Below are positions 1 to 9,816 of a DNA stretch of 64,000 nt, one piece after another. Numbering within the stretch: the stretch's first letter is position 1; every line of letters starts with the position of its first letter. Where the stretch lies: the NCBI GenBank assembly GCA_965220225.1, contig OZ244813.1:1095560-1159559 (forward strand). Direction: 5' to 3'. The position numbers and the translations under genes are program-made. The notes under the pieces were generated by a model. The model did not search any database, was not told the origin of the DNA, and worked only from the letters and a program-made list of their open reading frames with translations. The DNA comes from Dehalococcoidia bacterium (lineage in GTDB: Bacteria > Chloroflexota > Dehalococcoidia > Lucifugimonadales > Australimonadaceae).

Positions 1-750
1 ATCAACCAACTGGGGGTACTGGAGACGTTCGTGCTCGCCGCCAGGAAGGGGATGGACTGCGGGCTGCTGTTTCACGTCATGCGCAACGGTGCGGGCTTGA
101 GCCGCCAGTTGGAGCGCATCCTTCCGAAGATACTCGACCGCTCGTTCGAGCAGACGTCGTACGTCTCCACCAACATCAAGGACCAGGAGTTCATGGAGTG
201 GATGATCGGGCAGACGGGGCTGGATCTGCCGCTGCGCAACGCGGCTCGCGACTCGTGGCTGTACGCCGCGGAGCAGGGGCTGGCCGGGGCCGATCCTCCG
301 GAGGCCATCAAGGCGCTGGAATGGGTAGCGGGCGTGGAGGTTGCCGGCGAGGTGCTGCCGCGTGACGCAGAGGTGACGCCGCCGGACGACGCGTACGAGG
401 CGCTGAACATCGCGACAGCGGCGATGTACGAGGTGGGTGTATTCGAAGCGTTTGCCCTGACCAGGGAGCTGGGGATGGACGCGCGGGCGATGTACGAGGT
501 GATGCGGACGGCGTCCGGCGCGTCCGCGCAACTGGAGCGCACCGGCGCGACGCTCCTCAATGGGGCTGCCGATGGCGGGGCTCAGCCTGTCGATGCTTAC
601 GTGGCCTGCTACGAGCCGCTGCTCGCCGAGGCGAGGCGCGAAGGGCTGCGTATGCCGCTCTACGAGGCTTCGGCGTCGGCGTGGCGCAGTGCTGCGGAGC
701 AGGGGCTGGGGAGCGAGCCGTCGTCGGCCGCGTATGCGCTCTACGAATAG
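1..750 (+). CDS. C-terminal part of an NAD(P)-dependent dehydrogenase (6PGDH/HIBADH-type helical NAD_binding_11-like domain, present twice in tandem); the 5' end lies outside the window
   Basis: Frame 1 is open from nt 1 (INQLGVLETFV... precedes listed ORF 31..750). Two similar helical segments end ...LYAAEQGLAGADP and ...WRSAAEQGLGSEP. Confidence 0.55.
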   Translation: MNQLGVLETFVLAARKGMDCGLLFHVMRNGAGLSRQLERILPKILDRSFEQTSYVSTNIKDQEFMEWMIGQTGLDLPLRNAARDSWLYAAEQGLAGADPPEAIKALEWVAGVEVAGEVLPRDAEVTPPDDAYEALNIATAAMYEVGVFEAFALTRELGMDARAMYEVMRTASGASAQLERTGATLLNGAADGGAQPVDAYVACYEPLLAEARREGLRMPLYEASASAWRSAAEQGLGSEPSSAAYALYE

Positions 751-769
751 TTGCCGGTAGACTGCACGC

Positions 770-1120
770 ATGGAGTACGTCGAGGTAGACGTGGAGGCCG
801 GGGAGAACTGCGACCTCTCCGTGACGCGCATGTTCGAGGCGCTGGAGCCGCCGTATGCGGTGACGTGGGTCGGATCGGCGTTCCGCCCGGACGGCTGGGA
901 AGGCCCGTGCGACGTGGTCGGCTGGTCGGGCGGGGAGCCTGCGGCGGCGATGGCGGCGAAAGTGTCGGACTCCGGGGACGGGGTCGTGGTGCTCGTGTAT
1001 GGCGGGGACGAGGGGCTGCGCCTGCGCCCGTCCGGCTCGTCGGCGGAGTGGTCGCTCGACGATGCGGAGCAGTGGGGCGAGCCGTGCCTGCTCCTCGATC
1101 TGACGCTCGAAGTCCGGTAG
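770..1120 (+). CDS. hypothetical acidic protein (116 aa)
   Basis: The ORF shows GC-rich third codon positions and a non-shadow amino-acid composition. No recognisable motif and no clear SD. Confidence 0.45.
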   Translation: MEYVEVDVEAGENCDLSVTRMFEALEPPYAVTWVGSAFRPDGWEGPCDVVGWSGGEPAAAMAAKVSDSGDGVVVLVYGGDEGLRLRPSGSSAEWSLDDAEQWGEPCLLLDLTLEVR

Positions 1121-1148
1121 CTCCTCGCCCGGTGAGGGGCTGAAGCCC

Positions 1149-2513
1149 CTAGGGCTCGGTCAGGAGAGGCCTGAGGACGGAGGCGGGGGTTGTGTCGAGG
1201 GCACGAACCGCGGCGACGACCTCGCGGGCCCGTTGCTCACTGTAGACGCCTCCGATGAGGTCTATCGCCTTCTCGTCGACCTCCTCCGTGGTCATGGGGT
1301 TGTCCGCGGTGCCGTGGACGGCGGGTACATGCCGCTCCAGGACGGCGTTCGGGGTGTGGACCCGCACGGTGGCGGGACGCTGTCGCTCCATCCCCGCGAA
1401 CTCGGGGTTCGCCTGCAGGCGGACCCTGGCCATGAACTCCACGACGTCCGGGTCGCTCATGCGCTCGTAGGTGTGAGTCGCCTGGAAGGTGAGCCTGCCT
1501 CCATCCAGTGCGATGACGGCCATGCAGTACTGGAGGTTCACGTCCGGCATGTGGCGTCCGTTCACGATGTTGGCGCCCTGCGGCGGAAGCAGCGCCTCGA
1601 CCTCGCGGATGTCGGCGGGAGCGAGGCCGTGCTCGGTTACGAGGGAGGTCATCGCCTCGGCGGCGGCCTGGATGGGCGAGCCGACGGGGAACTTCTTGAT
1701 GTTGGTGAGCGTGATCTCGTAGTGGTCGCCGAGGCTCGCGACCCACTGGGGAAACTCGTCGCGCCGGGGGCAGAAGACGTCCAGGAAACCGTTGTCGCCC
1801 TCGAAAGCGTCCTCCTCGCCGGACATGCCGGAGGCGACGAAGAGCGCCGACGTGACGCCGGAGCGTGCGCCGTTGCCGCCGAAGACGAACGACTTCTCGA
1901 CGTGTTCGGAGTCGCGGGCCCAGGACGTGATGCCGGAGGCCTGCTGTGCGGTATAGGAGAGGGCGTACCGCACGCCCTGCGGGTCGAGTCCCAGGAGGGC
2001 CGACGCTGCTGCGGCTGAGCCGAACATCGGCCCGATGGTATGCGTGGCGTGGCCGTGCATGCCGCGGGCGTCGATGCCGCCCATGAGCCGTGCGATGCGT
2101 GAGCCGACGTCGTAGCCGAGCGCCACGGCCCGCAGCAACGCCTCCCCACCGGCGTTCTGACGCTCTGCCACCGCCAGCACGGCGGGGACGACGGCGCAGC
2201 CGGGGTGAGTGAGGGACGGGGCATGGGAATCGTCCGTCTCGTCGGAGTGGGCGAGCATGCCGTTGGCCATGGCGGCGTTGATGGCCGTGGTGACGACGTT
2301 CGAGCCGACGACCGCGGCCTCGGGGACGCCTCCCTGGGAGCGGACGAAGTTGATGGCTGCCTCGCCGGGCTTGAGGCGGGAGCCGGTGACCATCGCGGCG
2401 ATGGTGTCGAGGACGTGGTGCTTCGTCTTTTCCAGCACGGCGGGCGGCAGGGGGCGGTCGAGGGCGCTTGCGACGTAGGAAGCGAGCGTGTCGAGAGGCG
2501 ATTGCTGGGTCAT
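1149..2513 (-). CDS. MmgE/PrpD family protein (2-methylcitrate dehydratase-like)
   Basis: 454-aa ORF. The N-terminus ...LASYVA...LPPAVLEKTKHHVLDTIAAMVTGS and the length are typical of the MmgE_PrpD family. Confidence 0.85.
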   Translation of the reverse strand: MTQQSPLDTLASYVASALDRPLPPAVLEKTKHHVLDTIAAMVTGSRLKPGEAAINFVRSQGGVPEAAVVGSNVVTTAINAAMANGMLAHSDETDDSHAPSLTHPGCAVVPAVLAVAERQNAGGEALLRAVALGYDVGSRIARLMGGIDARGMHGHATHTIGPMFGSAAAASALLGLDPQGVRYALSYTAQQASGITSWARDSEHVEKSFVFGGNGARSGVTSALFVASGMSGEEDAFEGDNGFLDVFCPRRDEFPQWVASLGDHYEITLTNIKKFPVGSPIQAAAEAMTSLVTEHGLAPADIREVEALLPPQGANIVNGRHMPDVNLQYCMAVIALDGGRLTFQATHTYERMSDPDVVEFMARVRLQANPEFAGMERQRPATVRVHTPNAVLERHVPAVHGTADNPMTTEEVDEKAIDLIGGVYSEQRAREVVAAVRALDTTPASVLRPLLTEP

Positions 2514-2533
2514 GGGACCTCCTCGCTGGAGCG

Positions 2534-3283
2534 TTACTGGAGTATCTCGCCGCCGTTTATATGGAAGGTCTGGCCCGTCACGTAGCCCGCGTGCTTGCTG
2601 CAGAGGTAGACGACGAGGGCCGCGACTTCCTCCGGCTGACCGAAGCGCGGGATGGGGAGTCTGGGGTCGATGCCGGAGACGTCGACTTCTCGCTCGGTGC
2701 CGGGATCGCGCTCGCCCTCGATGCTGGCGGGGGCGATGGCATTCACGGTGACCCCGTGCTTGCCGAACTCGCGCGCGAGCCCGCGCGTAAGACCGACGAC
2801 ACCGAGCTTGACGGCGGCCTTCATCGCGCCGCCGCCACGGTAGGCGGAGACGCCGGAGTAGTTGACGATGCGCCCCCAGCCACGCTCCACCATGCCGGGC
2901 AGCACCGCGCGGCTGGCGAAGATGGGCCCGTCCAGGTTGGCGGCGGCGGTTGCCCGCCAGTCCTCGTTGGACTGCTGGAGGAAGGGGCCCTGAACGCGGT
3001 TCGTGGCGTTGTTGACGAGAACGTCGACGCCGCCGAACGCACGCTCCGCAGTTCGCACCATCGCCTGGACCTGCTCCTCGTCGCCGACGTCACAGAGGGC
3101 GGTGACGACCTTGGCGCCGGCGGAACGGCAGGCGTCCGCTGCCTCCTCCAGGGGGCCGCGGCTGCGTCGCGTGGTGAGGACGAGCCGCGCTCCTTCGGCG
3201 GCGAATGCCTCGGCAGTGGCCCTGCCGATGTTCCTCCCCGCACCTGTGATGAGCACGACCTTGTCCGTCAGGCCCATGTCCAT
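2534..3283 (-). CDS. SDR family oxidoreductase
   Basis: Internal ATG of listed ORF 2534..4603 (MDMGLTDKVVLITGAGRNIG...). Has a TGxxxxxG Rossmann motif, NNAT, and ends ...GQTFHINGGEILQ. 249 aa. Confidence 0.85.
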   Translation of the reverse strand: MDMGLTDKVVLITGAGRNIGRATAEAFAAEGARLVLTTRRSRGPLEEAADACRSAGAKVVTALCDVGDEEQVQAMVRTAERAFGGVDVLVNNATNRVQGPFLQQSNEDWRATAAANLDGPIFASRAVLPGMVERGWGRIVNYSGVSAYRGGGAMKAAVKLGVVGLTRGLAREFGKHGVTVNAIAPASIEGERDPGTEREVDVSGIDPRLPIPRFGQPEEVAALVVYLCSKHAGYVTGQTFHINGGEILQ

Positions 3284-3412
3284 GCCCCCGGCCCTCCTCG
3301 CGCCTCTCGGGGCGATTCTACGCTTCCACCCGGTCGCCTGCGGGTCATACTGTACAATGCCCACAGGCGTGACGCTCAGGCACTCAGCTCCGGTACGGCA
3401 TCGAGACGCAGC

Positions 3413-4579
3413 ATGGCACTCCAGACGGCAAACGCAGACGCCGGACAGGGCGGTGCCCGGTTGCGCTACCGGCGGATCGTGGTCAAGGCGGGCACGAACG
3501 TACTGACGCGCAAGACGCCGAACCTGGACCGCGCCGTCATGGAGTCGTTGGTCGACCAGATCGCCGACATCGTTGAGATGGGCGCGCAGGTCGTGCTCGT
3601 TACGTCGGGCGCCATCGCGGCGGGGCACGAAGCTGCCCCCGGTGTTGTACAGGGCAAGAGCGTTGCTGCGAGCCAGATGCTCGCGGCCATCGGCCAGAGC
3701 CGCCTCATGCACGCCTACCAGGAGCTCTTCTCGCGTCGCGGGATCGTCGTTGCGCAGACGCTGCTCATCGCGCGGGACGTGGACGACCGCGTGGGCTACC
3801 TGAACGTGCGCAACACGCTGAACGGGCTGTTGGAGCGCGGCGTCGTCCCCATCGTGAACGAGAACGACGTGGTCGACACCAAGGAGATCAACGGGCAGCG
3901 CTTCGGCGACAACGACACGCTCTCCGCCATCGTGGCCAACGTCATCGACGCCGACCTGCTGCTGATGCTGACTGACACCGGCGGGCTGTTCACCGCCGAC
4001 CCGAACCGCGACCCGACGGCGAAACTGGTCCCGCAGGTGGACGCGATCGACGATTCCGTGATGGCGCTCGCGGAGGTGCATACGAGCACGGCGACACGCG
4101 GGGGAATGGCATCGAAACTCCTTGCGGCACAGCACGCCACCGGCATAGGCGTGGCGGTGGTGTTCGGCCTGGGCGGAGACCCGTCGGTCGTTCGGGAGGC
4201 GGCACGCGGTGAGGTGTCCAACGGCACCTTCTTCCCTGCGAAGGGGTCTGTGGTCGAGAGCAGGAAGCGTTGGCTGATGAGCGGGATGACGAAGAAGGAT
4301 GCCGGGCTGGTGGTGGACGACGGCGCGGTGCGCGCGCTCCGCGAGCAGTCGCGCAGTTTGCTGCCGGCGGGTATCCGCGAGGTGAATGGACGGTTCGTAC
4401 GGGGCGATGTGGTGGAGGTACTCTCGGAGAGCGGCTCGCGTCTGGCCTACGGCATCGCGAACTACGACTCGTCGGAGATGCGGAAGATCGCGGGTGCGCG
4501 GTCCGACCGGATCATGGAGCTGCTCGGGCATCACAACGGGGACGAGGCCGTGCATCGCAATAACATGGTGGTTGTCTGA
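3413..4579 (+). CDS. proB: glutamate 5-kinase with C-terminal PUA domain
   Basis: Internal ATG at 3413 of ORF 2468..4579. Motifs RIVVKAGTNVLT, VTSGAIAAG, NENDVV. The C-terminal PUA-like segment is LLPAGIREVNGRFVRGDVVEV. Confidence 0.9.
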   Translation: MALQTANADAGQGGARLRYRRIVVKAGTNVLTRKTPNLDRAVMESLVDQIADIVEMGAQVVLVTSGAIAAGHEAAPGVVQGKSVAASQMLAAIGQSRLMHAYQELFSRRGIVVAQTLLIARDVDDRVGYLNVRNTLNGLLERGVVPIVNENDVVDTKEINGQRFGDNDTLSAIVANVIDADLLLMLTDTGGLFTADPNRDPTAKLVPQVDAIDDSVMALAEVHTSTATRGGMASKLLAAQHATGIGVAVVFGLGGDPSVVREAARGEVSNGTFFPAKGSVVESRKRWLMSGMTKKDAGLVVDDGAVRALREQSRSLLPAGIREVNGRFVRGDVVEVLSESGSRLAYGIANYDSSEMRKIAGARSDRIMELLGHHNGDEAVHRNNMVVV

Positions 4580-4596
4580 GAGTAGAGGAGAGACAC

Positions 4597-5877
4597 ATGG
4601 CAACGGGAACGGCGGCTGCCGAACTCATCACGAAAGCACAGGCGGCGCGCGAGGCGTCCAAGCAGGCGCGCATGCTCTCTACCGAGCAGAAGAACGGGGC
4701 CCTGCGCGCCATCGCCGACGCCCTCGAAGCGAACTGCCCCGCCATCCTGGATGCGAACGCACGCGACCTCGAAGCCGGACGCGAGGCGGGGCTGAGCGAG
4801 GCGCTGCTGGGGCGGCTGCTGCTGAACGAACAGCGCGTGGCGGGCATGGCGAACGACGTGCGCGCCGTCGCGCTGCTGCCCGACCCGGTCGGCGAGTGTT
4901 TCGACTCGCGGACGCTGCCGAACGGGATACGCGTGGAGCGCCGCAGGGTGCCGCTGGGCGTCATCGGTTGTGTCTACGAGGCCCGTCCGAACGTGACGAC
5001 GGACATCGTGTCGCTCTGCTTGAAGTCAGGCAATGCGGTCGTGTTGCGGGGCGGCAAGGAGGCGGTCCACACCAACACGGCCGTTGCCGCGCTGGTGAAG
5101 GAGGCGTTGGAGGCCGCTGACGCAGTACCGGAGGCCGTGCAGTTCGTGACCGACACGGACCGGGCGATCGTCGACCAGATGATCCGGCTCAACGACTACC
5201 TGGACCTGTTCATCCCGCGTGGCGGCGAAACGCTCATCAAGTACGTGCGCGATAACGCGACGGTCCCCGCCATCACCGGCGGCGTCGGCGTCGTACACGT
5301 CTACGTGGACGCGGGCGCTGACATCGAAAAGGCGTCCGGCATCGTCTACAACGCCAAGACGCAGCGGCCCGACGTGTGCAACGCGCTGGACACGCTGCTC
5401 GTGCACGCGGCGGCGGCCCCGGCGTTGCTGCCCGGCGCGGCATCCCGCCTGACCGAGGCGGGGGTCGAGCTGCGCTGCGACCAGCGGGCGCTGTCGCTCA
5501 TCGGGCCGGTGCGGGAGTCGCAGGTGCGGGCAGCGCAGCCGGACGACTTCGGGCAGGAGTTCCTTTCGCTCACGATGTCGGTGAAGGTGGTCGACTCGCT
5601 GGACGACGCGTTGGAGCACATCGACGAGTTCGGCTCCGGGCATACGGAAGCGATCGTAACCGAGGACTACAGCGCCGCGATGCGCTTCACCGACGCGGTG
5701 GAGGCGTCGGTCGTGCTCGTGAATGCCAGCACCCGCTTCAACGACGGCGCCCAGCTCGGGCTCGGTTCCGAGGTCGCGATCAGCACGAACAAGCTGCACG
5801 CGCGAGGGCCGATGGGCCTGCGGGAGCTCACCAGCTACAAGTGGATCGCGCTCGGCGACGGGCAGGTCCGCCCCTGA
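4597..5877 (+). CDS. proA: glutamate-5-semialdehyde dehydrogenase (gamma-glutamyl phosphate reductase)
   Basis: 426-aa ORF 17 nt after proB with SD agaggaga. Motifs GHTEAIVTED and NASTRFNDG. Confidence 0.93.
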   Translation: MATGTAAAELITKAQAAREASKQARMLSTEQKNGALRAIADALEANCPAILDANARDLEAGREAGLSEALLGRLLLNEQRVAGMANDVRAVALLPDPVGECFDSRTLPNGIRVERRRVPLGVIGCVYEARPNVTTDIVSLCLKSGNAVVLRGGKEAVHTNTAVAALVKEALEAADAVPEAVQFVTDTDRAIVDQMIRLNDYLDLFIPRGGETLIKYVRDNATVPAITGGVGVVHVYVDAGADIEKASGIVYNAKTQRPDVCNALDTLLVHAAAAPALLPGAASRLTEAGVELRCDQRALSLIGPVRESQVRAAQPDDFGQEFLSLTMSVKVVDSLDDALEHIDEFGSGHTEAIVTEDYSAAMRFTDAVEASVVLVNASTRFNDGAQLGLGSEVAISTNKLHARGPMGLRELTSYKWIALGDGQVRP

Positions 5878-5930
5878 GCGGGGCGCTCCCGGCCACGTAC
5901 CGGCGCGCACGTCTACGCAAAGGAGTATCC

Positions 5931-6245
5931 ATGATCCGCTTCGAACGTGAGTGTCGTACGCCGTTCTCTGAGGTGTACACGCTCTATGAGGATGACCAGC
6001 CCCAGCCGCAGGGGCGCTTCGACGTGCACTTCTACGGACGCATCATCCATGCCACGCTGTGTGTCTCCGAGCGCTATACGACCGATGAGATACAGGACAT
6101 CATCGCCGACCTGGACGACGAACTGCTGGACGCCATCGGTCTCGAGCGGGACGACTTCGTCGTGCACGTCCACCAGGGCCGGGAGGTTGGCGTGTTCTCC
6201 GGGAGCGCCTTCGAGGAGGGCGAGGAGCCCGGCTCCGAGAACTAG
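5931..6245 (+). CDS. hypothetical small acidic protein (104 aa)
   Basis: ATG at 5931 preceded by aaaggag; it forms the 3' part of shadow ORF 5376..6245. No known motif. Confidence 0.55.
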   Translation: MIRFERECRTPFSEVYTLYEDDQPQPQGRFDVHFYGRIIHATLCVSERYTTDEIQDIIADLDDELLDAIGLERDDFVVHVHQGREVGVFSGSAFEEGEEPGSEN

Positions 6246-6302
6246 GGGCCTTTGACTCCCTCTCCCATGCTTGGGAGAGGGCTGGTGAGGGATGGAAGAC
6301 TC

Positions 6303-7145
6303 GTGATCATTGATTTCCATACGCACCTGCTGCCCGCCTCTTTCCAGGAGCGGCACTCCGATATCGCCGCGCGCGACGCAACGTTCGGCACACTCTTCGC
6401 CAACGGCGGGAAGATGGTGTCCGCCGAAGATCTCATCGCGTCGATGGACGAGGACGGCATCGACCTCTCCGTCGTCCTGGGCTTCGGCTGGTGCGACCGG
6501 GAGATAGCGCGCGAGGCGAACGACTGCCTGCTCGACGCCGCGACCCGCTATCCCGGGCGCATCGCGGCGTTCTGCGCGGTGCACCCCGGCTGGGGTGAGG
6601 ACGCCCTGCGAGAGGTGGAGCGCTGCGTCGATGCGGGCGCCGTCGGCATCGGCGAACTGCATCCCGCACTGCAGGGGATAGACCTCGCGACGGACGACTC
6701 GATGGAAGACCTCGCGCGGCTCGCGGTGGAGCGCGGACTCCTCGTCAACGTCCATGGCTCGGAGCCGGTCGGCCACGTCTACCCCGGCAAGGGCCCGACG
6801 ACGCCCGAGCGGCTCCTCGCGATCGCGGAACGCTTCCCGGACGTGCGATGGGTGTTCCCGCACTGGGGCGGAGGGCTGCCGTTCTACGCGCTCATGCCGG
6901 AGGTGCGGGCCGCGCTCGCCAACACCTGGTTCGACAGCGCGGTGTCGCCGTTCCTCTACAACGCGGAGGTCTTCGACGTTGCCGTGCGCGCCGTGGGAGC
7001 GGACCATGTGTTGTTTGGCTCGGACTACCCGCTGCTCCCCGCCTCGCGGGTCACGGAGCAGGCGCAAAACATGCTCGACGCGCCAGCCGCGCAGGCCGTG
7101 CTCGGCGGTAACGCCGCGCACCTGCTGGGGCTCGCCGATGGCTGA
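6303..7145 (+). CDS. amidohydrolase family protein (Amidohydro_2-like)
   Basis: VIIDFHTHLLP... at the N-terminus and FGSDYPLL near the C-terminus. The listed TTG 6252 and ATG 6267 lie inside an intergenic-type repeat, so GTG 6303 is preferred, but the start is uncertain. Confidence 0.8.
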   Translation: MIIDFHTHLLPASFQERHSDIAARDATFGTLFANGGKMVSAEDLIASMDEDGIDLSVVLGFGWCDREIAREANDCLLDAATRYPGRIAAFCAVHPGWGEDALREVERCVDAGAVGIGELHPALQGIDLATDDSMEDLARLAVERGLLVNVHGSEPVGHVYPGKGPTTPERLLAIAERFPDVRWVFPHWGGGLPFYALMPEVRAALANTWFDSAVSPFLYNAEVFDVAVRAVGADHVLFGSDYPLLPASRVTEQAQNMLDAPAAQAVLGGNAAHLLGLADG

Positions 7146-7698
7146 CGAGCCGACGCTCCCCGACTATCTGCGGCCCGGCCTCGACCTCGTCTTCGTAGGT
7201 ATCAATCCCGGCGCGTACTCTGCCTCGGTGGGGAAGTACTTCGCCACACCGCAGAACCGCTTCTGGGGCGCGCTCAACCGCTCCGGGCTGGCGGGTGGAC
7301 GCGACCTCGGCCCCGGCGACGAGGCGTGGCTGTTCGAGTACCGCGCCATCGGCTTCACGGACGTGGTGAAGCGCGCGAGCAACAGCGCGTCCAGCCTGCG
7401 CGCTGCCGACTTCCGCACGTGGGCGCCCGTCACGCGCGAGAAGCTGCTGGAGGCGTCGCCGATCGTGGTCTGCTTCAACGGCATCACGGGGTACAAGTGG
7501 TTCCTGCAGTATGCGGAGGGACGCAAGCAGGTCGACGTTGCGCTCGGCGGGCAGCCGGACCGGCTCGGCGAGAGCCGGGTGTTCGTTGCGCCCAACCCCA
7601 GCCCCGCGAACGCTTCCTACTCACTGGACGACATCGCGGGCTGGTACCGCCGCCTCGCCGACCTGATCGCCCGCGCCAGGGCCAAGCGCGATGGCTGA
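7138..7698 (+). CDS. mug: G/U mismatch-specific DNA glycosylase (Mug/TDG family)
   Basis: Internal ATG of ORF 6754..7698 overlaps the upstream stop (ATGGCTGA). Motifs VFVGINPG and APNPSPAN. Confidence 0.8.
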   Translation: MADEPTLPDYLRPGLDLVFVGINPGAYSASVGKYFATPQNRFWGALNRSGLAGGRDLGPGDEAWLFEYRAIGFTDVVKRASNSASSLRAADFRTWAPVTREKLLEASPIVVCFNGITGYKWFLQYAEGRKQVDVALGGQPDRLGESRVFVAPNPSPANASYSLDDIAGWYRRLADLIARARAKRDG

Positions 7699-8248
7699 GG
7701 GCGCCATGAGTGAACTCGAACAGATGAAACGCCTTGCCGAACTCGTTAGGCAGAAGAACCTTGCCGACGGGCAGATTGCTAAGGCCGTAGGCCGTCCTGC
7801 GCTTCAAGGCCACTTCGGAGAATTCGTCGCAGCAGAGATATTCGGCATCGAACTGCACGGCTCAGCCGTGCAGAAGGATAGCGACGGGCATTTCGTCAGT
7901 GGCCTGCTCGCGGGCAGGACTGTACAGATCAAGTATTACCCGAAGAACGAGAGTATGTTGGACATGAAGATTGACGGTGATGAGGACTTCTACCTAGTGC
8001 TCACCGGCCCGAGGAGCGCAGATGTGACATCTCGCGGTCAGGCCCGGCCTTGGGTTATCGAGGCTGCTTACCTGTTCGATGCTGCATCTCTGAAACGGAG
8101 GCTCACATCGAAGATCGGAATAGCCACCAGCATCAGGCGCATGTTCTGGGACGAAGCCGAGATTTACCCACGCAACAATCCCGCCTTCCCGCTGACCGAA
8201 TCTCAGCGTGAGATGCTCGCATTGTTCAGCGAGGCCTCTGTTGGCTGA
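7691..8248 (+). CDS. hypothetical protein, possibly a PD-(D/E)xK-like nuclease fold
   Basis: 185-aa ORF with visibly lower GC than its neighbours. It overlaps the mug stop by 8 nt and the thpR start region. Spaced acidic/Lys pattern E..(KDSDGHF)..VQIKY. Confidence 0.6.
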   Translation: MAEGAMSELEQMKRLAELVRQKNLADGQIAKAVGRPALQGHFGEFVAAEIFGIELHGSAVQKDSDGHFVSGLLAGRTVQIKYYPKNESMLDMKIDGDEDFYLVLTGPRSADVTSRGQARPWVIEAAYLFDAASLKRRLTSKIGIATSIRRMFWDEAEIYPRNNPAFPLTESQREMLALFSEASVG

Positions 8249-8843
8249 CCGCAACCTGCGCCTCTTCGTGGCGCTCGCCTTCCCGGACGAGGTCCGCGCT
8301 GAGTTGAGGCGCGTCGCCGGTGAGATGCGGGCGTTCGCCCCTCACGGCGCACGATGGGCGAACATGGACGGCGCGCATCTGACGCTGCGGTTCATCGGCT
8401 CGACGCCCACCGCCGCCGCCGCGCCGCTGGGCGAGGCGGTTGCCTGCGCTGCCGAGGGCATCGCGCCCTTTGAATTGTCGCTGGCGAGCGCGGGCGTCTT
8501 TCCCCCGCGCGGAACTCCTCGCGTGCTGTGGGTCGGTGTCGGCGGCGCGCTCCATGCGCTGACCGGCCTGCGCGACAACGTCGAGAATGCGCTCGCCGTA
8601 GCGGGTATTCCGAACGAGGAGCGTCCCTTCGCGCCGCACCTCACGCTTGGGCGGATCAACGCGAGGCTGTCGCGGGATGAATCGCAGGCGCTGCGAGACT
8701 CGGTCGCGGCACTCGATGTCCGGCGCCTCGCATTCGCGGTGCAAGAGGTCGGGCTGTACCACAGCGACCTCCTCCCCACCGGTGCGGTCTACACCCGTCT
8801 TGCGTCGGCCCGCCTTCTGGACAAATCCAATTCAGAATTGTGA
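8241..8843 (+). CDS. thpR: RNA 2',3'-cyclic phosphodiesterase (2H family, LigT/ThpR)
   Basis: Two HxTx motifs (HLTLRF, HLTLGR). The start is uncertain (TTG 8241 or the listed 8208). Confidence 0.8.
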   Translation: MADRNLRLFVALAFPDEVRAELRRVAGEMRAFAPHGARWANMDGAHLTLRFIGSTPTAAAAPLGEAVACAAEGIAPFELSLASAGVFPPRGTPRVLWVGVGGALHALTGLRDNVENALAVAGIPNEERPFAPHLTLGRINARLSRDESQALRDSVAALDVRRLAFAVQEVGLYHSDLLPTGAVYTRLASARLLDKSNSEL

Positions 8844-8930
8844 CATCTGCTGGTTTCGCAACTGACGACGTTGCGGTAACCTGATCCTCAACAACCGGTC
8901 CGCCGGAAAAGGAACGCACGCACGGGGACG

Positions 8931-8965
8931 AGCCCCGGCCTTGAGAAGGGCCGGGGCTTTTTTCG
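8931..8965 (+). terminator. rho-independent terminator after thpR
   Basis: Stem AGCCCCGGCC / GGCCGGGGCT with loop ttgagaag, followed by TTTTTT. Confidence 0.75.
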
Positions 8966-9010
8966 TTTCCGGGACGTTCACCCACGGCGGACAACACAGG
9001 AGGCACAGGC

Positions 9011-9700
9011 ATGGTGTCGTACGAGGAGAGCGTCGGAGTGAGTGAGCGCGAGCGCTGGGAGCGGGAACGGCTGCTGGAGTCGTTGGAAGCGTACCGGCGG
9101 GGCCTGGCCGATGCGCCGGTGGTGCAGAGGTTCTCGGTGAGCCACGCCGTCGCGCCGAACGAGGACCGGCCGCTGACCGTGGTGGCGTCGGATGAGTCGG
9201 CCGACCGCCTGGGCGACGTGGTACGCGCCAGCGGCTGGGACCTGAGTGCCTACAGGCACAACCCGGTCTTCCTGTGGGCGCACGACTATACCCGCACGCC
9301 CATCGGGCGCAGTTCCTGGGTGGGCCTGGAGGGCGCGAAGCTGCTGGCGACGGTGGAATTCGCTCCCACGGCGTTCGCGCGCGAGGTCGAGCTGCTCTAC
9401 CGGCAGCGGTTCTTGCGCGCCGTGAGCGTCGGCTTCCGCGCCAGGGAGTTCTCGTTCCGCAAGGGGCGTGACGGCTCCGTGGACGGCGTCGAGTACACGA
9501 AGCAGGAGCTCCTGGAGCTGAGCGCAGTGCCGGTGCCTGCGAACCCGCACGCGCTGGCGAAGGCGCTGGATGGCGGGCTCGAAGCGCCCCGGCTGCGGCC
9601 GCTGTTCACGTTCGACCTTCCGGCGCCTTGCATCGCGCCGGAAGACGCGCAGCGCGTCCTGGGCGAACTGCGACGCCTCCGCAGCCTGGTGTCCGTCTAG
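9011..9700 (+). CDS. HK97-family phage prohead protease (Peptidase S78-like)
   Basis: SD aggagg lies upstream. Motifs NPVFLWAHDYTRTPIG and LRAVSVGF, followed by ELSAVPVPANP. Confidence 0.85.
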   Translation: MVSYEESVGVSERERWERERLLESLEAYRRGLADAPVVQRFSVSHAVAPNEDRPLTVVASDESADRLGDVVRASGWDLSAYRHNPVFLWAHDYTRTPIGRSSWVGLEGAKLLATVEFAPTAFAREVELLYRQRFLRAVSVGFRAREFSFRKGRDGSVDGVEYTKQELLELSAVPVPANPHALAKALDGGLEAPRLRPLFTFDLPAPCIAPEDAQRVLGELRRLRSLVSV

Positions 9701-9816
9701 GCGCGTGATGTGGAGACAGACCGCCGTTCCTGTGCGGCAGTCTTGCTCGGAGCCGGGGGCGTTCCACCCGCTCATCTCCTCTTCCCTTGGGAAGGACCGG
9801 GATGCAGGTGTGTGGA

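Noticed and set aside
1134-1150. A short hairpin, AGGGGC tgaa GCCCCT, between convergent genes as a terminator.
   Set aside because: It has only a 6-bp stem, overlaps the PrpD-family stop codon and has no U-tract. That is too weak to annotate.
7131-7698. The identical 9-nt junction GATGGCTGA occurs at both the amidohydrolase/mug overlap (7137..7145) and the mug/hypothetical overlap (7690..7698).
   Set aside because: A 9-nt coincidence that consists of an ATG-GCT start overlapping a TGA stop is plausible by chance in 64 kb. No extended similarity flanks the two sites.
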